A stretch of 64,000 bases of DNA, from contig JAGTQC010000006.1 of NCBI GenBank assembly GCA_018396535.1, forward strand, positions 1-64,000, in the 5' to 3' direction. The notes below the pieces were generated by a model. That model saw only the letters and a program-made list of their open reading frames with translations. It searched no databases and was not told where the DNA came from. The translations under genes were made by a program, and so were the position numbers. The DNA comes from Candidatus Bathyarchaeota archaeon (lineage in GTDB: Archaea > Thermoproteota > CALKCG01 > B24 > DRYS01). Below, piece after piece: positions 47,605-58,186 of the stretch; position 1 is the first letter of the stretch; every line of letters starts with the position of its first letter.

Positions 47605-49311
47605 TCATATAGATGGGTTAACCCTTATAGGCGTAGATTCTATAAGCATATCCTCAGGTACAGGATAGTTGCTAAGCTTAATAGTATAGAATTCTTCGAA
47701 TCTAGGTTTAACCTCCTTTAGAAGCTCACCGATCTTATCATCAGGAACCCCTACATCAACCCATATACTACGCCCAGATATATCCTCTACAACCTCACCC
47801 TTAACAACTACTATACATCCACCCTTAATAGTGTAGGCAGCCCTTCTCAAAGCTCTCCTAACGATACGATAATCACTAGATGGATCCACCTTCCTAGGAT
47901 CCAGATCGTATATAGCTATATCAGCATCAGCCCCCACACCTAGATGACCCTTCCTCCTCAAACCTAGAAGCTTAGCTGGTGCAGCTCTAGTAACTATAGC
48001 TATATCGGTAAACGTATACTCTCTATCTATAGATGGGAGGACTGTATATTTTAAAGCTCTACGATTAGCCTTCTCCATAACCCTACTCCTAGCTTTAGAA
48101 CTCATAAGCCAAGATACGACTCTAGGATAAGCTGTGAACGGTCCACCATTCGGATGATCTGTAGTAAGACATACCTTCCAAGGATCCCTTACTAACAGAG
48201 CTAACTCTAAACCTACAGCCCACTGTATCGTACCGACATAACTCCTACGACTATATCTAACCGGGACGACGCCAGCACCAGTTTCAACCTCTACATCAGC
48301 ATTAGCCCACTTACCCGCTAGCGATTGGAATAACCTGAATTCTAACGGTCCATCACCGGTCATAGTAGTCGTATCCGTGAAGACAACCTGCCCTATATCT
48401 AGCGTTACATGATCGACAGAATTCACGTATTTAGCTATATACTCAGCTCCGGATCTAAGCGTAGTCCACGTAGATCCAGCATAACCTGAGAACTGGCAGT
48501 GGGTTATATGGATTAGAAATCTACCTCCACCGAAAGCCCTTCGTATCGTATGAGCAGTTCTAAGGGTAACCCAGCAATTGTTAGGCATACCCAGCCTATT
48601 AACATGTACATGTATCGTATGGGGGAGGTTCAATATAGAATTCACTCTACATAAACCTTCCACGATCTCCCTAGGAGTTATACCGAAGTAAGGGACCTGC
48701 TCATCTAGATCGAATACATTCCCACCCCAACCCCATGCCTCTACACCCCCAGGATTCACTATCTTAATACCATAACCTTTCGTAGCTTTCAGAAGCCATG
48801 CAGCATAGACTGCAGCATCCTCTATACGATCCTGACTTATGAAATCCATGATAAACCAGTTATTACCCATAACAGTTAAAGCTGCTTTATCGATTATAGG
48901 TATATCATTAAGCTCCTCCCATGTATGCTTCTGTTTAAGTGGAGGTGAAGCTGCTTCGAAAACCGTAGTATAACCCATCCTAGCATATCTATAACCTGTA
49001 ACCTTAGTAGAAGGTACACTATGACCTACACCAGAATACGTAGTAGCAGTCCTAGGTTCATAACTCCTCCTATGATCCTCAGGTCTCAGTAATCTACCTA
49101 TATTGGATTTAGATCCAGCTATATGGCTATGGATATCCACGCCTCCAGGCATCACTAGCATACCTGATGCATCTATAATCTTAGCCCCCCTCTCATCGAT
49201 ATCCTCGACTATAACACCATCCTTAACAGCTATATCCATAACCTCCCCTTCGATATTGTTCATAGGGTCATAAACTATACCGTTACGTATAAGTATAGGC
49301 TTACCCATCAC
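47605..49311 (-). CDS. fwdA: Formylmethanofuran dehydrogenase subunit A
   Basis: GGVDIHSHIAG, KIVNPGG, HVH.N.LG, THCQF, TTDHPNGGPF. Confidence 0.97.
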   Translation of the reverse strand: MMGKPILIRNGIVYDPMNNIEGEVMDIAVKDGVIVEDIDERGAKIIDASGMLVMPGGVDIHSHIAGSKSNIGRLLRPEDHRRSYEPRTATTYSGVGHSVPSTKVTGYRYARMGYTTVFEAASPPLKQKHTWEELNDIPIIDKAALTVMGNNWFIMDFISQDRIEDAAVYAAWLLKATKGYGIKIVNPGGVEAWGWGGNVFDLDEQVPYFGITPREIVEGLCRVNSILNLPHTIHVHVNRLGMPNNCWVTLRTAHTIRRAFGGGRFLIHITHCQFSGYAGSTWTTLRSGAEYIAKYVNSVDHVTLDIGQVVFTDTTTMTGDGPLEFRLFQSLAGKWANADVEVETGAGVVPVRYSRRSYVGTIQWAVGLELALLVRDPWKVCLTTDHPNGGPFTAYPRVVSWLMSSKARSRVMEKANRRALKYTVLPSIDREYTFTDIAIVTRAAPAKLLGLRRKGHLGVGADADIAIYDLDPRKVDPSSDYRIVRRALRRAAYTIKGGCIVVVKGEVVEDISGRSIWVDVGVPDDKIGELLKEVKPRFEEFYTIKLSNYPVPEDMLIESTPIRVNPSI

Positions 49312-50636
49312 ATCCTACCCCCCACCCTCTCGAGTATCATTTTCAAAACATCTACATCTGATAGTATACCTTGAGGTGGATCCACTATCTTTTTCGCTCT
49401 AAGCGGTACAGTATCCATACGGTATACAGACCCCTCAACCTCTATACCAGTATATGCCACGGGTATAGCTACATCAGATATGTATACGGTAGGAGTTATC
49501 TTAGGATCTAAAGCTACTACAGGTATATTATTCAAATGCTCGACAGCACGTCTAGGTAGATGCGAAACAGGGTCGGATGCTACGACGAAGAATAGATCAC
49601 ACTCACCTCTACGAAGTATATCCACAGCAGTAGTCTCACCTGGAAGATACCTTGGATAGCCCTGACTAAAATCTACACTTACAGGATAACCAGTCCTCCA
49701 TGTGAAAACCTCGTTAGCTCCTGTAACATTGAAGTGTCCACGCATAGGTATCAAGACAAACTTCGTCTTGAAATTAAGATACCTAACTAGCTCTATAGCA
49801 GCTTCCACATTCTTATCCTTACCCCTACTCATAGTTAAACCAGTACCGAAGAATAGTACACCGAATCTAGCTTCCACCATCATATCCGCTAACTCCTCAA
49901 GCTTAGAGACAGCTACCCCTCCCACTTCGTCAACCTCTAGATCTAGATCTCTAACAAGCATCTTCAACGCAGATAATACCTCATAATCATAGCCTGGCTT
50001 TATCTCTATGAATAAATCCGCTACCCTAGCTGTCGGAGTCCTTCTAACATCTACTACGACAACCTTACGCATCCTCCTACCCTCTATAAACCTACCCCTA
50101 GCATATACACTATACCTAGCCATATGTCTAGGATGAGCCTCAACAGGGTTACATCCCCAATAGATTATCAAGTCAGCTCTATTCTTAATCTGACCTAGGG
50201 TCGCTGTTATCAACCCCAACTCCTGACCTGCGAGTATGGTAGGCCCATGGCAGACTATACTCGTATTATCCACAGCTCCTCCAAGAGCTTCAGCTAAATC
50301 TAAACCTAGGAGTATAGCTTCACAGGATGTGCAAGCCCAGCCGTAGAATAGAGGATAACAACTATTCTTCAACAGATCTACTACAACATCTACAGCTTCA
50401 CTAAGCGAAACATCCTTAGCCGAGGTAGATCTACCTATTTTAGGCTTTAGAAGCCTATTCTCATTCATATGTAGAAATTTCGATAAACCTAGAGCACAGG
50501 CATTCCTAACATCGACTATCCTATTACCTTTAACAGATACGATAAGATCATCACAACAACATCCACAGAACGTACAGACAACATCCTCAACCGTACGCTC
50601 GACAGCTTCCTCCTCTATAATCGAAGATGCGATCAT
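49308..50636 (-). CDS. fwdB: Formylmethanofuran dehydrogenase subunit B (Cys-type)
   Basis: CTFCGCCCDD, VCHGP, KNRAD, HPRH, MRGHFNV, YRMD. Confidence 0.97.
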   Translation of the reverse strand: MIASSIIEEEAVERTVEDVVCTFCGCCCDDLIVSVKGNRIVDVRNACALGLSKFLHMNENRLLKPKIGRSTSAKDVSLSEAVDVVVDLLKNSCYPLFYGWACTSCEAILLGLDLAEALGGAVDNTSIVCHGPTILAGQELGLITATLGQIKNRADLIIYWGCNPVEAHPRHMARYSVYARGRFIEGRRMRKVVVVDVRRTPTARVADLFIEIKPGYDYEVLSALKMLVRDLDLEVDEVGGVAVSKLEELADMMVEARFGVLFFGTGLTMSRGKDKNVEAAIELVRYLNFKTKFVLIPMRGHFNVTGANEVFTWRTGYPVSVDFSQGYPRYLPGETTAVDILRRGECDLFFVVASDPVSHLPRRAVEHLNNIPVVALDPKITPTVYISDVAIPVAYTGIEVEGSVYRMDTVPLRAKKIVDPPQGILSDVDVLKMILERVGGRM

Positions 50637-50639
50637 AAC

Positions 50640-51041
50640 CTATCGCACACCTCCTATAGATTCGATTAAAGATCTAACATCCGATACACGTTTATTCGAA
50701 GGGGTGACGAACACCTCTAACCCCTTAGATCTAGGAATACCAGTACCCTCCGTATCCGGAGGTATAAGTGTATTAACAGCTATACCATACGGTATGAAGA
50801 GAACACCTCTAGGAATATCCGATGATGATTTAACTTGAACAGTTATAGATCCATACGGTGATACGATATCTATGTAACCGCCGTTAGGTACACCTATAAC
50901 CTCTATATCAGCGGGGTTCATCTCACAAGTAGTTATAGCTTCACTATACTCGTCGAAGAATTTACTAACATCCTTAGATACCCCCTGCTTAACACTCCTA
51001 CCAGTTATCAATACAACCTTCAACCTACCCTTACCACTCAT
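50640..51041 (-). CDS. fwdD: Formylmethanofuran dehydrogenase subunit D
   Basis: LITGRSVKQG, FIPYG..N, T.GTGIP..KG. Confidence 0.93.
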   Translation of the reverse strand: MSGKGRLKVVLITGRSVKQGVSKDVSKFFDEYSEAITTCEMNPADIEVIGVPNGGYIDIVSPYGSITVQVKSSSDIPRGVLFIPYGIAVNTLIPPDTEGTGIPRSKGLEVFVTPSNKRVSDVRSLIESIGGVR

Positions 51042-51109
51042 ATTATTCTAACCCCTCGACGGTGAATTACATACTAATAACAGCATATATTTAGGTTTCC
51101 TCGCTAAAT

Positions 51110-51634
51110 CTATAGAAGGTTTATCATAGAGTTATCCACATGCATATACACTATTTCCCCGAGATATAGTGTATGGAAGTCATCTGAAGGATAGGCTATA
51201 ACCATAACATCCCTAGGAATTTTATCTCTATCAAGCTTGAATCTATAACGTACTATACACTCATATACTATAGGACAGCCGTGAATCACAGGTGCATCAA
51301 CCTTAACACCTCTAGAAGCTTTAATCTTAAGCTCACTTAGCTTATCATGCTCTCTACCAGAAACCGAGCCACAATATGAAGCTATATGCTCCATACCCTT
51401 AGGAAGAACGTTCACCGTAAATACGTTCGTCTCCTCTATAAGTCTATGCGTATACCTACTAGGTCTAACAGCTACTATAAAGCATGGCTTACGCCATATA
51501 ATACCTAGAAACCCCCATCCTATCGTCATAAGATTGTATGCTCCACCCTTAGATACGGATCCTAGGAGCAAACCCTCACCATATAGATGATTATACACTT
51601 TATCCGTATATCTGAATACATCCTCTAGGATCAT
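51110..51634 (-). CDS. Flavin reductase-like protein
   Basis: NLMTIGWG, VRPSRYT, CGSVSGREHDK, HTLYLGEI. Confidence 0.9.
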   Translation of the reverse strand: MILEDVFRYTDKVYNHLYGEGLLLGSVSKGGAYNLMTIGWGFLGIIWRKPCFIVAVRPSRYTHRLIEETNVFTVNVLPKGMEHIASYCGSVSGREHDKLSELKIKASRGVKVDAPVIHGCPIVYECIVRYRFKLDRDKIPRDVMVIAYPSDDFHTLYLGEIVYMHVDNSMINLL

Positions 51635-51666
51635 CGAAAATGAGGTATAATAGAAGATATTTAAGC

Positions 51667-52551
51667 TTAAACTACGAATAACTTCGCAATATTAGATTTA
51701 ATCGGTACACCCAGTATACGAGCGATAGGTGTACACTTAGCTTGTAGTAGACATACTATAGGTTTACCATAAACTTTCACATCATCTAGAGTCTCCAAGT
51801 TAGCCATACCCTTCATGAATATGATATCAGACTCCTCGATCCTTTTTAAAACATCCATCGGCAATTCACTAATTATCAATCCGGATGTACCAGGTATAGC
51901 TGGTATAACATCGGATGCTACCTCATGTATACCAGCTTCTAATGCATCACTAAGCATAGCATCATTCTGATAAGGCTCGCTTTTAACTAGAACCACAGTT
52001 CTCCAACCCATATTCTCTAACATCTCGATCAATATCCGATCGAAAACTATCTCACCCGCATTATCACATACATAGAGTACTCTACCCCTACGCTTACATA
52101 GTAGATCGAATACAGTATACGTATCGTCTACAGTCAGCTCAGATTCAGATATAGACTCCACAAGATTATCTAGAGAAAATCTATGTTCAGCCGCCCCCAC
52201 ATCGATCGTATTACCTATCACGGTAGCTATGCAAGCTCTACGAAAGCGTTGATGCATATCATCCACTGAGTAGATCCAATCCTCAACTATAGGTCTAAGC
52301 TTAGAAGCTACCTTATCGGCAAGCTTCTTCTCTAACGCATACGGATCATCTACACCTGTAAGCCTACGAACTAGACGGAATAGCTTAGTAGCTATAACCG
52401 GGACACTCTCATTGCTAGATAAAAGTCTAGATAACTCATCCAATAAACGCTCTAAGCTTATACGCTTCCCGTCTAGGCTTAGGTTAGATGATAGTACCTC
52501 CCTACCCCTAACGCTTATCAAGCAGAGTATACACTCTGGATGAGGCTTCAA
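51667..52551 (-). CDS. DUF89/ARMT1-like damage-control phosphatase
   Basis: ECILC, DPY..K, GN.ID, DNAGEIVFD, NDA, KGMANLE, AKC. Confidence 0.92.
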   Translation of the reverse strand: MKPHPECILCLISVRGREVLSSNLSLDGKRISLERLLDELSRLLSSNESVPVIATKLFRLVRRLTGVDDPYALEKKLADKVASKLRPIVEDWIYSVDDMHQRFRRACIATVIGNTIDVGAAEHRFSLDNLVESISESELTVDDTYTVFDLLCKRRGRVLYVCDNAGEIVFDRILIEMLENMGWRTVVLVKSEPYQNDAMLSDALEAGIHEVASDVIPAIPGTSGLIISELPMDVLKRIEESDIIFMKGMANLETLDDVKVYGKPIVCLLQAKCTPIARILGVPIKSNIAKLFVV

Positions 52552-52613
52552 CCCAGCTAGCCCAGATAGGGCTTAACCTCTTACTAATAAATGTTATATG
52601 GCTGAACAAGAGG

Positions 52614-53291
52614 TTACCATACATATATCATCCATGGTGCATAAACATTAGCTATCAAAAGTATGATTAGTGATACTAGAGGTATCGATACATTATCATC
52701 TATGAATTTAAACTCGAAATGCTCTACGATAGAGGCTGCAACCCCAGCTATAGCTCCAGCTAACCCTAGTATAGCACCTAACGGTATAGATAGAATAGCC
52801 ATAGCTAGATTACCCCACCAGGATTTAGTCCTCCTACCATATAGCTTATTCCTAACTATACCAGTGACAGCATCCCCGATAGACATGAATAGAACAGGTA
52901 GGATACCTATCCAGAAGTTTCCATTCGAAAGAAGCCAGCCTACAGATATCACTACACCCCACATTATACAGAAGGATGTTTCATAGGAGTTTTCCTCAAC
53001 CTGAAACCAGTACATGAGTCTGCCAACCCTATGCGGTATATATGTTAGGAGAGCTAACGCTAAAGCAAATATGAAAGGTATTAGAGGGGTCCTGAATAGT
53101 ATCGGTACAGATATAGCGCATAACCCTCCAGCTAGAATATGTATAATCTTACGGTTATAGTATATAGCCACGTTATGCTCCAAACCCCTAGAACGCATAT
53201 AGACGTATAACCTTCTCGTAATGAATAAGACTAGGATTAAAACCCATAGGAAAAGTATAGAGGCAGATAGAATCTCACTTAACTCTATCAT
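52614..53291 (-). CDS. Polyprenol/dolichol-kinase-like membrane protein (CTP-dependent)
   Basis: RKIIHIL, GDAVTGIVR, KSWWG, DDNVSIP. Confidence 0.8.
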   Translation of the reverse strand: MIELSEILSASILFLWVLILVLFITRRLYVYMRSRGLEHNVAIYYNRKIIHILAGGLCAISVPILFRTPLIPFIFALALALLTYIPHRVGRLMYWFQVEENSYETSFCIMWGVVISVGWLLSNGNFWIGILPVLFMSIGDAVTGIVRNKLYGRRTKSWWGNLAMAILSIPLGAILGLAGAIAGVAASIVEHFEFKFIDDNVSIPLVSLIILLIANVYAPWMIYVW

Positions 53292-53432
53292 ACTTGAGAT
53301 AATGGTAGACCTGTAGGAATATAAATCTTACCATAGGCTATTGAAATCGCTACCTCATTACATAAATTACTACACTATGCTATATATTAAGTCGAAGAGC
53401 TATTCATAGATGTATAGAGGCTCGATCAGCGT

Positions 53433-53846
53433 ATGCCTGCTAGGATAAGGTTAGCTCATCCAGAACGATGTATAGGATGTATGAATTGTATATTCGCATG
53501 CTCTAGAGAACTCTACGGCGGGGCTATATCGTTATCTAAATCAGCTTTAAAAATATCGTATGACACCCCATCCAGGAAGTTTATAGTATCTATATGCCCT
53601 GGCTGCGTAGATGCTCCATGTGTAAACGCATGCCCATACAAAGCTCTAGCTGAACAACCTGGAGGAGGACCTATACTAGTCAATCCAGAGAAATGCCGTT
53701 CATGTGAAACTAGGGATTGCATAAATGCATGCATATTAGCCGTATTATTCTGGGATGATGAGCGTAAAACTCCTATAATATGCACCCAATGTGGTGAATG
53801 CGCTAAATACTGCCCCCACGAGGTTATAGTATATAGGGAGGTTTAA
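53433..53846 (+). CDS. 4Fe-4S dicluster protein (AOR-associated ferredoxin subunit)
   Basis: CIGCMNC..AC, CPGC..APCV.ACP, CTQCGECAKYCP. Confidence 0.9.
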   Translation: MPARIRLAHPERCIGCMNCIFACSRELYGGAISLSKSALKISYDTPSRKFIVSICPGCVDAPCVNACPYKALAEQPGGGPILVNPEKCRSCETRDCINACILAVLFWDDERKTPIICTQCGECAKYCPHEVIVYREV

Positions 53847-53850
53847 CCAT

Positions 53851-55599
53851 ATGGAGGAGTATCTATCGAGGATCCTATACATAGATCTATCCTCGAAGAG
53901 AAGCTGGGTTGAAGATAGGAGTGAGCTCTTCGAGGATAGGATAGGGGGGCTCGGTGTAGCTGTTAAACTCTATTCCGAGATATGTAAACTAAACTCGGAT
54001 CCCTTCGATCCTGAAAATCCACTAGTATTCACGGTAGGTCCGCTCAACGGTCTATATCCATGCATATCTAAGACTGTAGCCGTCTTTAAATCACCCGTAA
54101 CTGGTACTTATGGTGAGAGTCATGCTGGTGGGAGACTTTCTATGGCGATTAGGATGGCTGGATATGGAGCTATAGTGATACTAGGATACTCTGATAAACT
54201 TTTACTCATAGATATAGAAGATTCTAAGGTATGCTTTAGAGAGGCTAAATCCCTCCAGGGTCTTAGTAGCTTAGAAGTCGAGGAGAGGCTTAGAACCCAT
54301 ACTAGGGTTATGGAAAGCATAGTTAGTATAGGTTTAGCCGGGGAGAGGCTATGCTTCTACGCTTCGGCTAACGTCGATAGATACAACTATTTCGGTAGAC
54401 TAGGTCTCGGAGCCATACTAGGATCCAAGAATATAAAGGCTTTAAGGATAAGGGGTAGCGGCTCGATTAAACCTAAAGACGCTGAGAGTTATAAGAAGCT
54501 ATTCGAGAAGATATATAGAAGGATCGTAGAGACGGATGCTATGGCTAAATACCACTATACCGGGACACCAGCTAATATAATGGTTCTAAACGAGATAGGC
54601 GCCCTCCCGACTAGGAATTTTAGAGAATCTAGGTTTGAGCATGCAGAAGATATCTCAGGAGAGAGGGTGGGTGAGTTTCTACTCGAGAGGAAGGTTTCAT
54701 GCCCTCTATGCCCTATAGGATGTATGCATATAGCTAAGCTTAGACTAGAATTCGCTAAAGGATACGAGTATGAGCCCATAGATATATACTACAACTACGA
54801 GTCTATGTATGCTCTAGGTACAAACCTAGGCTTAAAGAAGCCTGAAGATATACTGAAGCTAATATACACTGCTAACTTCTATGGATTCGATACGATGCTT
54901 TTAGGGAATATACTTGCATGGATGACGGAGGCGTACGAATCTGGGTTGATAAGCGACAGTGATACGAATGGTTTAAAACTTAGCTGGGGGGATATAGATT
55001 CGTATATAGAGGCTGTTAGACGTATCGCATATGGTGAAGGCAGCCTATACGTATACGCTGCTCAAGGTCTAAAACAGCTAGTAGATATATATGGTGGGAG
55101 GGATTATGCTATGCAGATAGCTGGTAACGGTATACCAGGCTATCATACAGGATACGCTTCTATACTAGGCTTCCTAGTTGCTTCACGCCACTCCCACAAT
55201 AGTAACGCAGGATACGATATAGATCAGCAGGCTTTGAAGAGGAAGCTTAACGATGAAGAGCTTATCGATAGGATCATAGAAGAGGAGGATTGGCGTAATA
55301 TACTCGTAAGTCTAGTTGCATGTATGTTCGCTAGGAGGATATATAGCCCAGATGTAGTCGTAGATGCTCTTAGAACAGTAGGCTTCGAGTATAATCTAGA
55401 TGATCTTATGGATGTAGGTAGGGATGTATATATCGAGATATACCGTATTAAGTCTATCGAAGGATTTGATCCTAGGAAAATCTATATACCTAAAAGGCTA
55501 TTCGAAACACCATCAGCTTCTGGGATACTATCCGAGGAAAGGTTTAGAAAGCTCCTAGACATGTATATGGAGAGGAGGTTCAAATCTTCCAGTATTTAG
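53851..55599 (+). CDS. aor: Aldehyde:ferredoxin oxidoreductase (tungstopterin AOR family)
   Basis: KSPVTG.YGES.AGG, GRLGLGA.LGSKN.KA, LPTRNF, CPLCPIGC, YE, GFDT. Confidence 0.93.
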   Translation: MEEYLSRILYIDLSSKRSWVEDRSELFEDRIGGLGVAVKLYSEICKLNSDPFDPENPLVFTVGPLNGLYPCISKTVAVFKSPVTGTYGESHAGGRLSMAIRMAGYGAIVILGYSDKLLLIDIEDSKVCFREAKSLQGLSSLEVEERLRTHTRVMESIVSIGLAGERLCFYASANVDRYNYFGRLGLGAILGSKNIKALRIRGSGSIKPKDAESYKKLFEKIYRRIVETDAMAKYHYTGTPANIMVLNEIGALPTRNFRESRFEHAEDISGERVGEFLLERKVSCPLCPIGCMHIAKLRLEFAKGYEYEPIDIYYNYESMYALGTNLGLKKPEDILKLIYTANFYGFDTMLLGNILAWMTEAYESGLISDSDTNGLKLSWGDIDSYIEAVRRIAYGEGSLYVYAAQGLKQLVDIYGGRDYAMQIAGNGIPGYHTGYASILGFLVASRHSHNSNAGYDIDQQALKRKLNDEELIDRIIEEEDWRNILVSLVACMFARRIYSPDVVVDALRTVGFEYNLDDLMDVGRDVYIEIYRIKSIEGFDPRKIYIPKRLFETPSASGILSEERFRKLLDMYMERRFKSSSI

Positions 55600-56989
55600 C
55601 TAGGAATGCTGGTATATCAGATGAATCCCTAGGCCCTACTAGCACCTCCCATCCTGTTAGATCTTCTAACTCCCCCTTAAGCCTAGCAGCTAAACCTGGT
55701 ATGATTATCTTACGATGTGAAACCTTCTCTGAAACCCTATATTCCTTCATAGCCGAAGCAATCTTCTCAGCTGTAAGCTTACGTCCAGCTACGGATGATT
55801 CTACAGATAGCCCCTCGGTATCTACGACGAGGAGGTAGCAGTTAAGCCTAGCAGATTCTATATCCGATGCTACTGTGAAGTATGTTAAAGCGAAATTCGT
55901 AGTTACTAGTAGAGGCGATTTATCATTTGGGGAACCAAACTCTCTAAGCCCAGGTTCTACACTTACAGGTTTAACAGGATCGGTATACAAGTTCTCTCTA
56001 AGTATTAGATTTGGAAGAAGCTGCCATACATCGACTCCATGAATTATAACGATATCCGCATACCTTGTTATCATCATAGCTGTCAATACAGCCTCCATCC
56101 ACTTAGCTTCTTCAGGCTTATCTTTAAACTCTTCATCAACCCATACAACGGCAGGTATAGCTAAGATCGGGTAGCCAGATAACCTATCACCCTGCCTACA
56201 TGCAAGCCATCTCAGGATGGTGAAGCTGTTCACGGTATAAGCTAAACCATCACCTATAAACGTACCTGGATCTAACACTATATCGTCTAAACCCTCGCTA
56301 TTGAGAGCTTTAACTAAACCTCTAAGCTTAGATAAATCCCCAGGAGCTGATGCAACTACAGGACATCTATACATCTTAGCTAATTCAGCTATATCACGCC
56401 AGTTACCCTCTGTAGCAGCGTAGATTAGAGGCCTCCTATCTCTTATCCTTAGTAGCGCGGCTTCTAAAACCTCTGGATCAAGGCTACAAAGCACTATAGG
56501 TAGATCTGTAAGCTTAGATATCTTAGAAGCTAGGTCCTGGAACCTAGATGGATCGCCAGATCTACATCTTAAAGCTAACGCGTTAAGCTTAAGCTCCCGC
56601 CCTATGTAAGTATACTTGAAATTTTCGATAAACCTCACCCTAGACTCTAGCTCTGCTTCACCGATATCATCCCAAACATCGATTGCTAGGATAGTCGGAT
56701 TCATATACCTAAGCTCATGCCTGTGTAGTACGAGTTTACCCCCGACTACAGCCTCCCTACCTGGAGGACCAAACCTCACTTCTATAACCGGAGGTCTTAG
56801 AATCTCCCTAAGCTGAGCTAAACTATCCCTATACTTCTCCTCCTCGAATAGAGGTCTACACTCTTCGAGCTTAGCCGTCCTCTCTACCAATTTAGCTGCG
56901 AAACCTAGACAGGTAGATATCCCGCATTTACCACAATTAAGTCTAGGTAGAAGTTTATATATATCCATAGGGCTTATCTTCTTAGCCAT
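55580..56989 (-). CDS. cdhE: ACDS complex gamma subunit (corrinoid Fe-S protein, large)
   Basis: LPRLNCGKCG..TCLGFA, LDPG, YTDP.KPV.VEPG, TTNFALTYFTV.SD, VGPRDSS. Confidence 0.97.
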   Translation of the reverse strand: MAKKISPMDIYKLLPRLNCGKCGISTCLGFAAKLVERTAKLEECRPLFEEEKYRDSLAQLREILRPPVIEVRFGPPGREAVVGGKLVLHRHELRYMNPTILAIDVWDDIGEAELESRVRFIENFKYTYIGRELKLNALALRCRSGDPSRFQDLASKISKLTDLPIVLCSLDPEVLEAALLRIRDRRPLIYAATEGNWRDIAELAKMYRCPVVASAPGDLSKLRGLVKALNSEGLDDIVLDPGTFIGDGLAYTVNSFTILRWLACRQGDRLSGYPILAIPAVVWVDEEFKDKPEEAKWMEAVLTAMMITRYADIVIIHGVDVWQLLPNLILRENLYTDPVKPVSVEPGLREFGSPNDKSPLLVTTNFALTYFTVASDIESARLNCYLLVVDTEGLSVESSVAGRKLTAEKIASAMKEYRVSEKVSHRKIIIPGLAARLKGELEDLTGWEVLVGPRDSSDIPAFLAKYWKI

Positions 56990-58186
56990 CTATATACCTC
57001 CCAGCCAGTCTGGTATTCCCCCAACCGGCTTATCCCATCTACCGTAGAGCCATGATATAACCTGTTTGACAGTCTTTATCGCTAATGGATGCATCATTAT
57101 GAATAGATCGCATCCAGCTAGGAGGAGTGTTAAAGCTGTAACAGTCTCCCATAGAGGACCTCTGACCTCCCTAGGTCCGAGTTCAGGTATCTTAAGCCAT
57201 GCTTCACGTGCACCCCAAGCATTACTCGTACCAGATAGGATGGGTAGAGCTAATTCACTATCACCCATAAGACCTGCTATACGTATACGCTCCATAACGG
57301 AGAATGCATACTCTATACCATAGCCTAATGGAGCTGATGTTGGATCGATAACTATACGTTCAGGTGGGAGTATCTGTAGTATAGCTCTATCTAGATCTCT
57401 CTGAAGGTTTAGATCTAGAGATGCCCATGCTACTACGTTGTGGCCGTAACGTTTAGCTGCCTCAGCTATAGGCTTAAACCTATCCTCAGGTGAGGGTATG
57501 GAGCTTAGGAGGAGCCTCTCACCTTCGAAGGTAGCTGCAATCTCTACTAGAAGCTCTACATCCTTAACAGGATCCCCTGACCCCCCGACCATGATAGGGG
57601 AATCGACGGCTTGAAGGATATTCTCAACAGTCTTCACAGCCTCTCTAATAGGTGTATCCTTTATCGATGGATCAGTACTAGTTAACTCTATGGTAACCAT
57701 ATCCGCGGCGAACTTATCTACATATAGCTTAGCCCATTCAGCAGGATCATCCATAGCGTCACCGAACGCATCTCTTAAAGGCTTAGGTAGGGGTAGCTTC
57801 CAATCGAATACATCCCCGGAAACCACGGGTGGATTAGGATTTACGGCTGAGAAACTATAGAAGGGCATGGTAACCTCTCCACCTATAACTATAACCCTAC
57901 TCCTAGATCCACCTTCAGATTTGGTAGCGCCTATCCTAACCTCAGATATACGATTTGTAAAAGCCACCTCCGGTTTAGGAAGCTCCTCTACAAGTTCTAC
58001 AACCCTAGCTTCCGGCTTAACCGCCTCCATTATAGGTCTAATTATCGGAGTAACACCCGTCACATCTAGTTGAAGCTCCGAAGCCTCTAGACTAAAATCT
58101 TCGAATTCTATCTCCTCAGATTCTGATAGAAGCTTTAAAAGCCATTCTAGAAAAGACTCTCCTATATCCCTCCTACGCATACTCAA
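56990..58186 (-). CDS. cdhD: ACDS complex delta subunit (corrinoid Fe-S protein, small)
   Basis: EVRIGATKSEGGSR, GGSGDPVKD, DPT.APLGYGIEY, NAWGAREAW, GPLWE, MMHP. Confidence 0.97.
   Translation of the reverse strand: MSMRRRDIGESFLEWLLKLLSESEEIEFEDFSLEASELQLDVTGVTPIIRPIMEAVKPEARVVELVEELPKPEVAFTNRISEVRIGATKSEGGSRSRVIVIGGEVTMPFYSFSAVNPNPPVVSGDVFDWKLPLPKPLRDAFGDAMDDPAEWAKLYVDKFAADMVTIELTSTDPSIKDTPIREAVKTVENILQAVDSPIMVGGSGDPVKDVELLVEIAATFEGERLLLSSIPSPEDRFKPIAEAAKRYGHNVVAWASLDLNLQRDLDRAILQILPPERIVIDPTSAPLGYGIEYAFSVMERIRIAGLMGDSELALPILSGTSNAWGAREAWLKIPELGPREVRGPLWETVTALTLLLAGCDLFIMMHPLAIKTVKQVISWLYGRWDKPVGGIPDWLGGI

Noticed and set aside
49308-50636. Selenocysteine in FwdB
   Set aside because: The metal-ligand position is Cys (VCHGP) and the ORF has no in-frame TGA.
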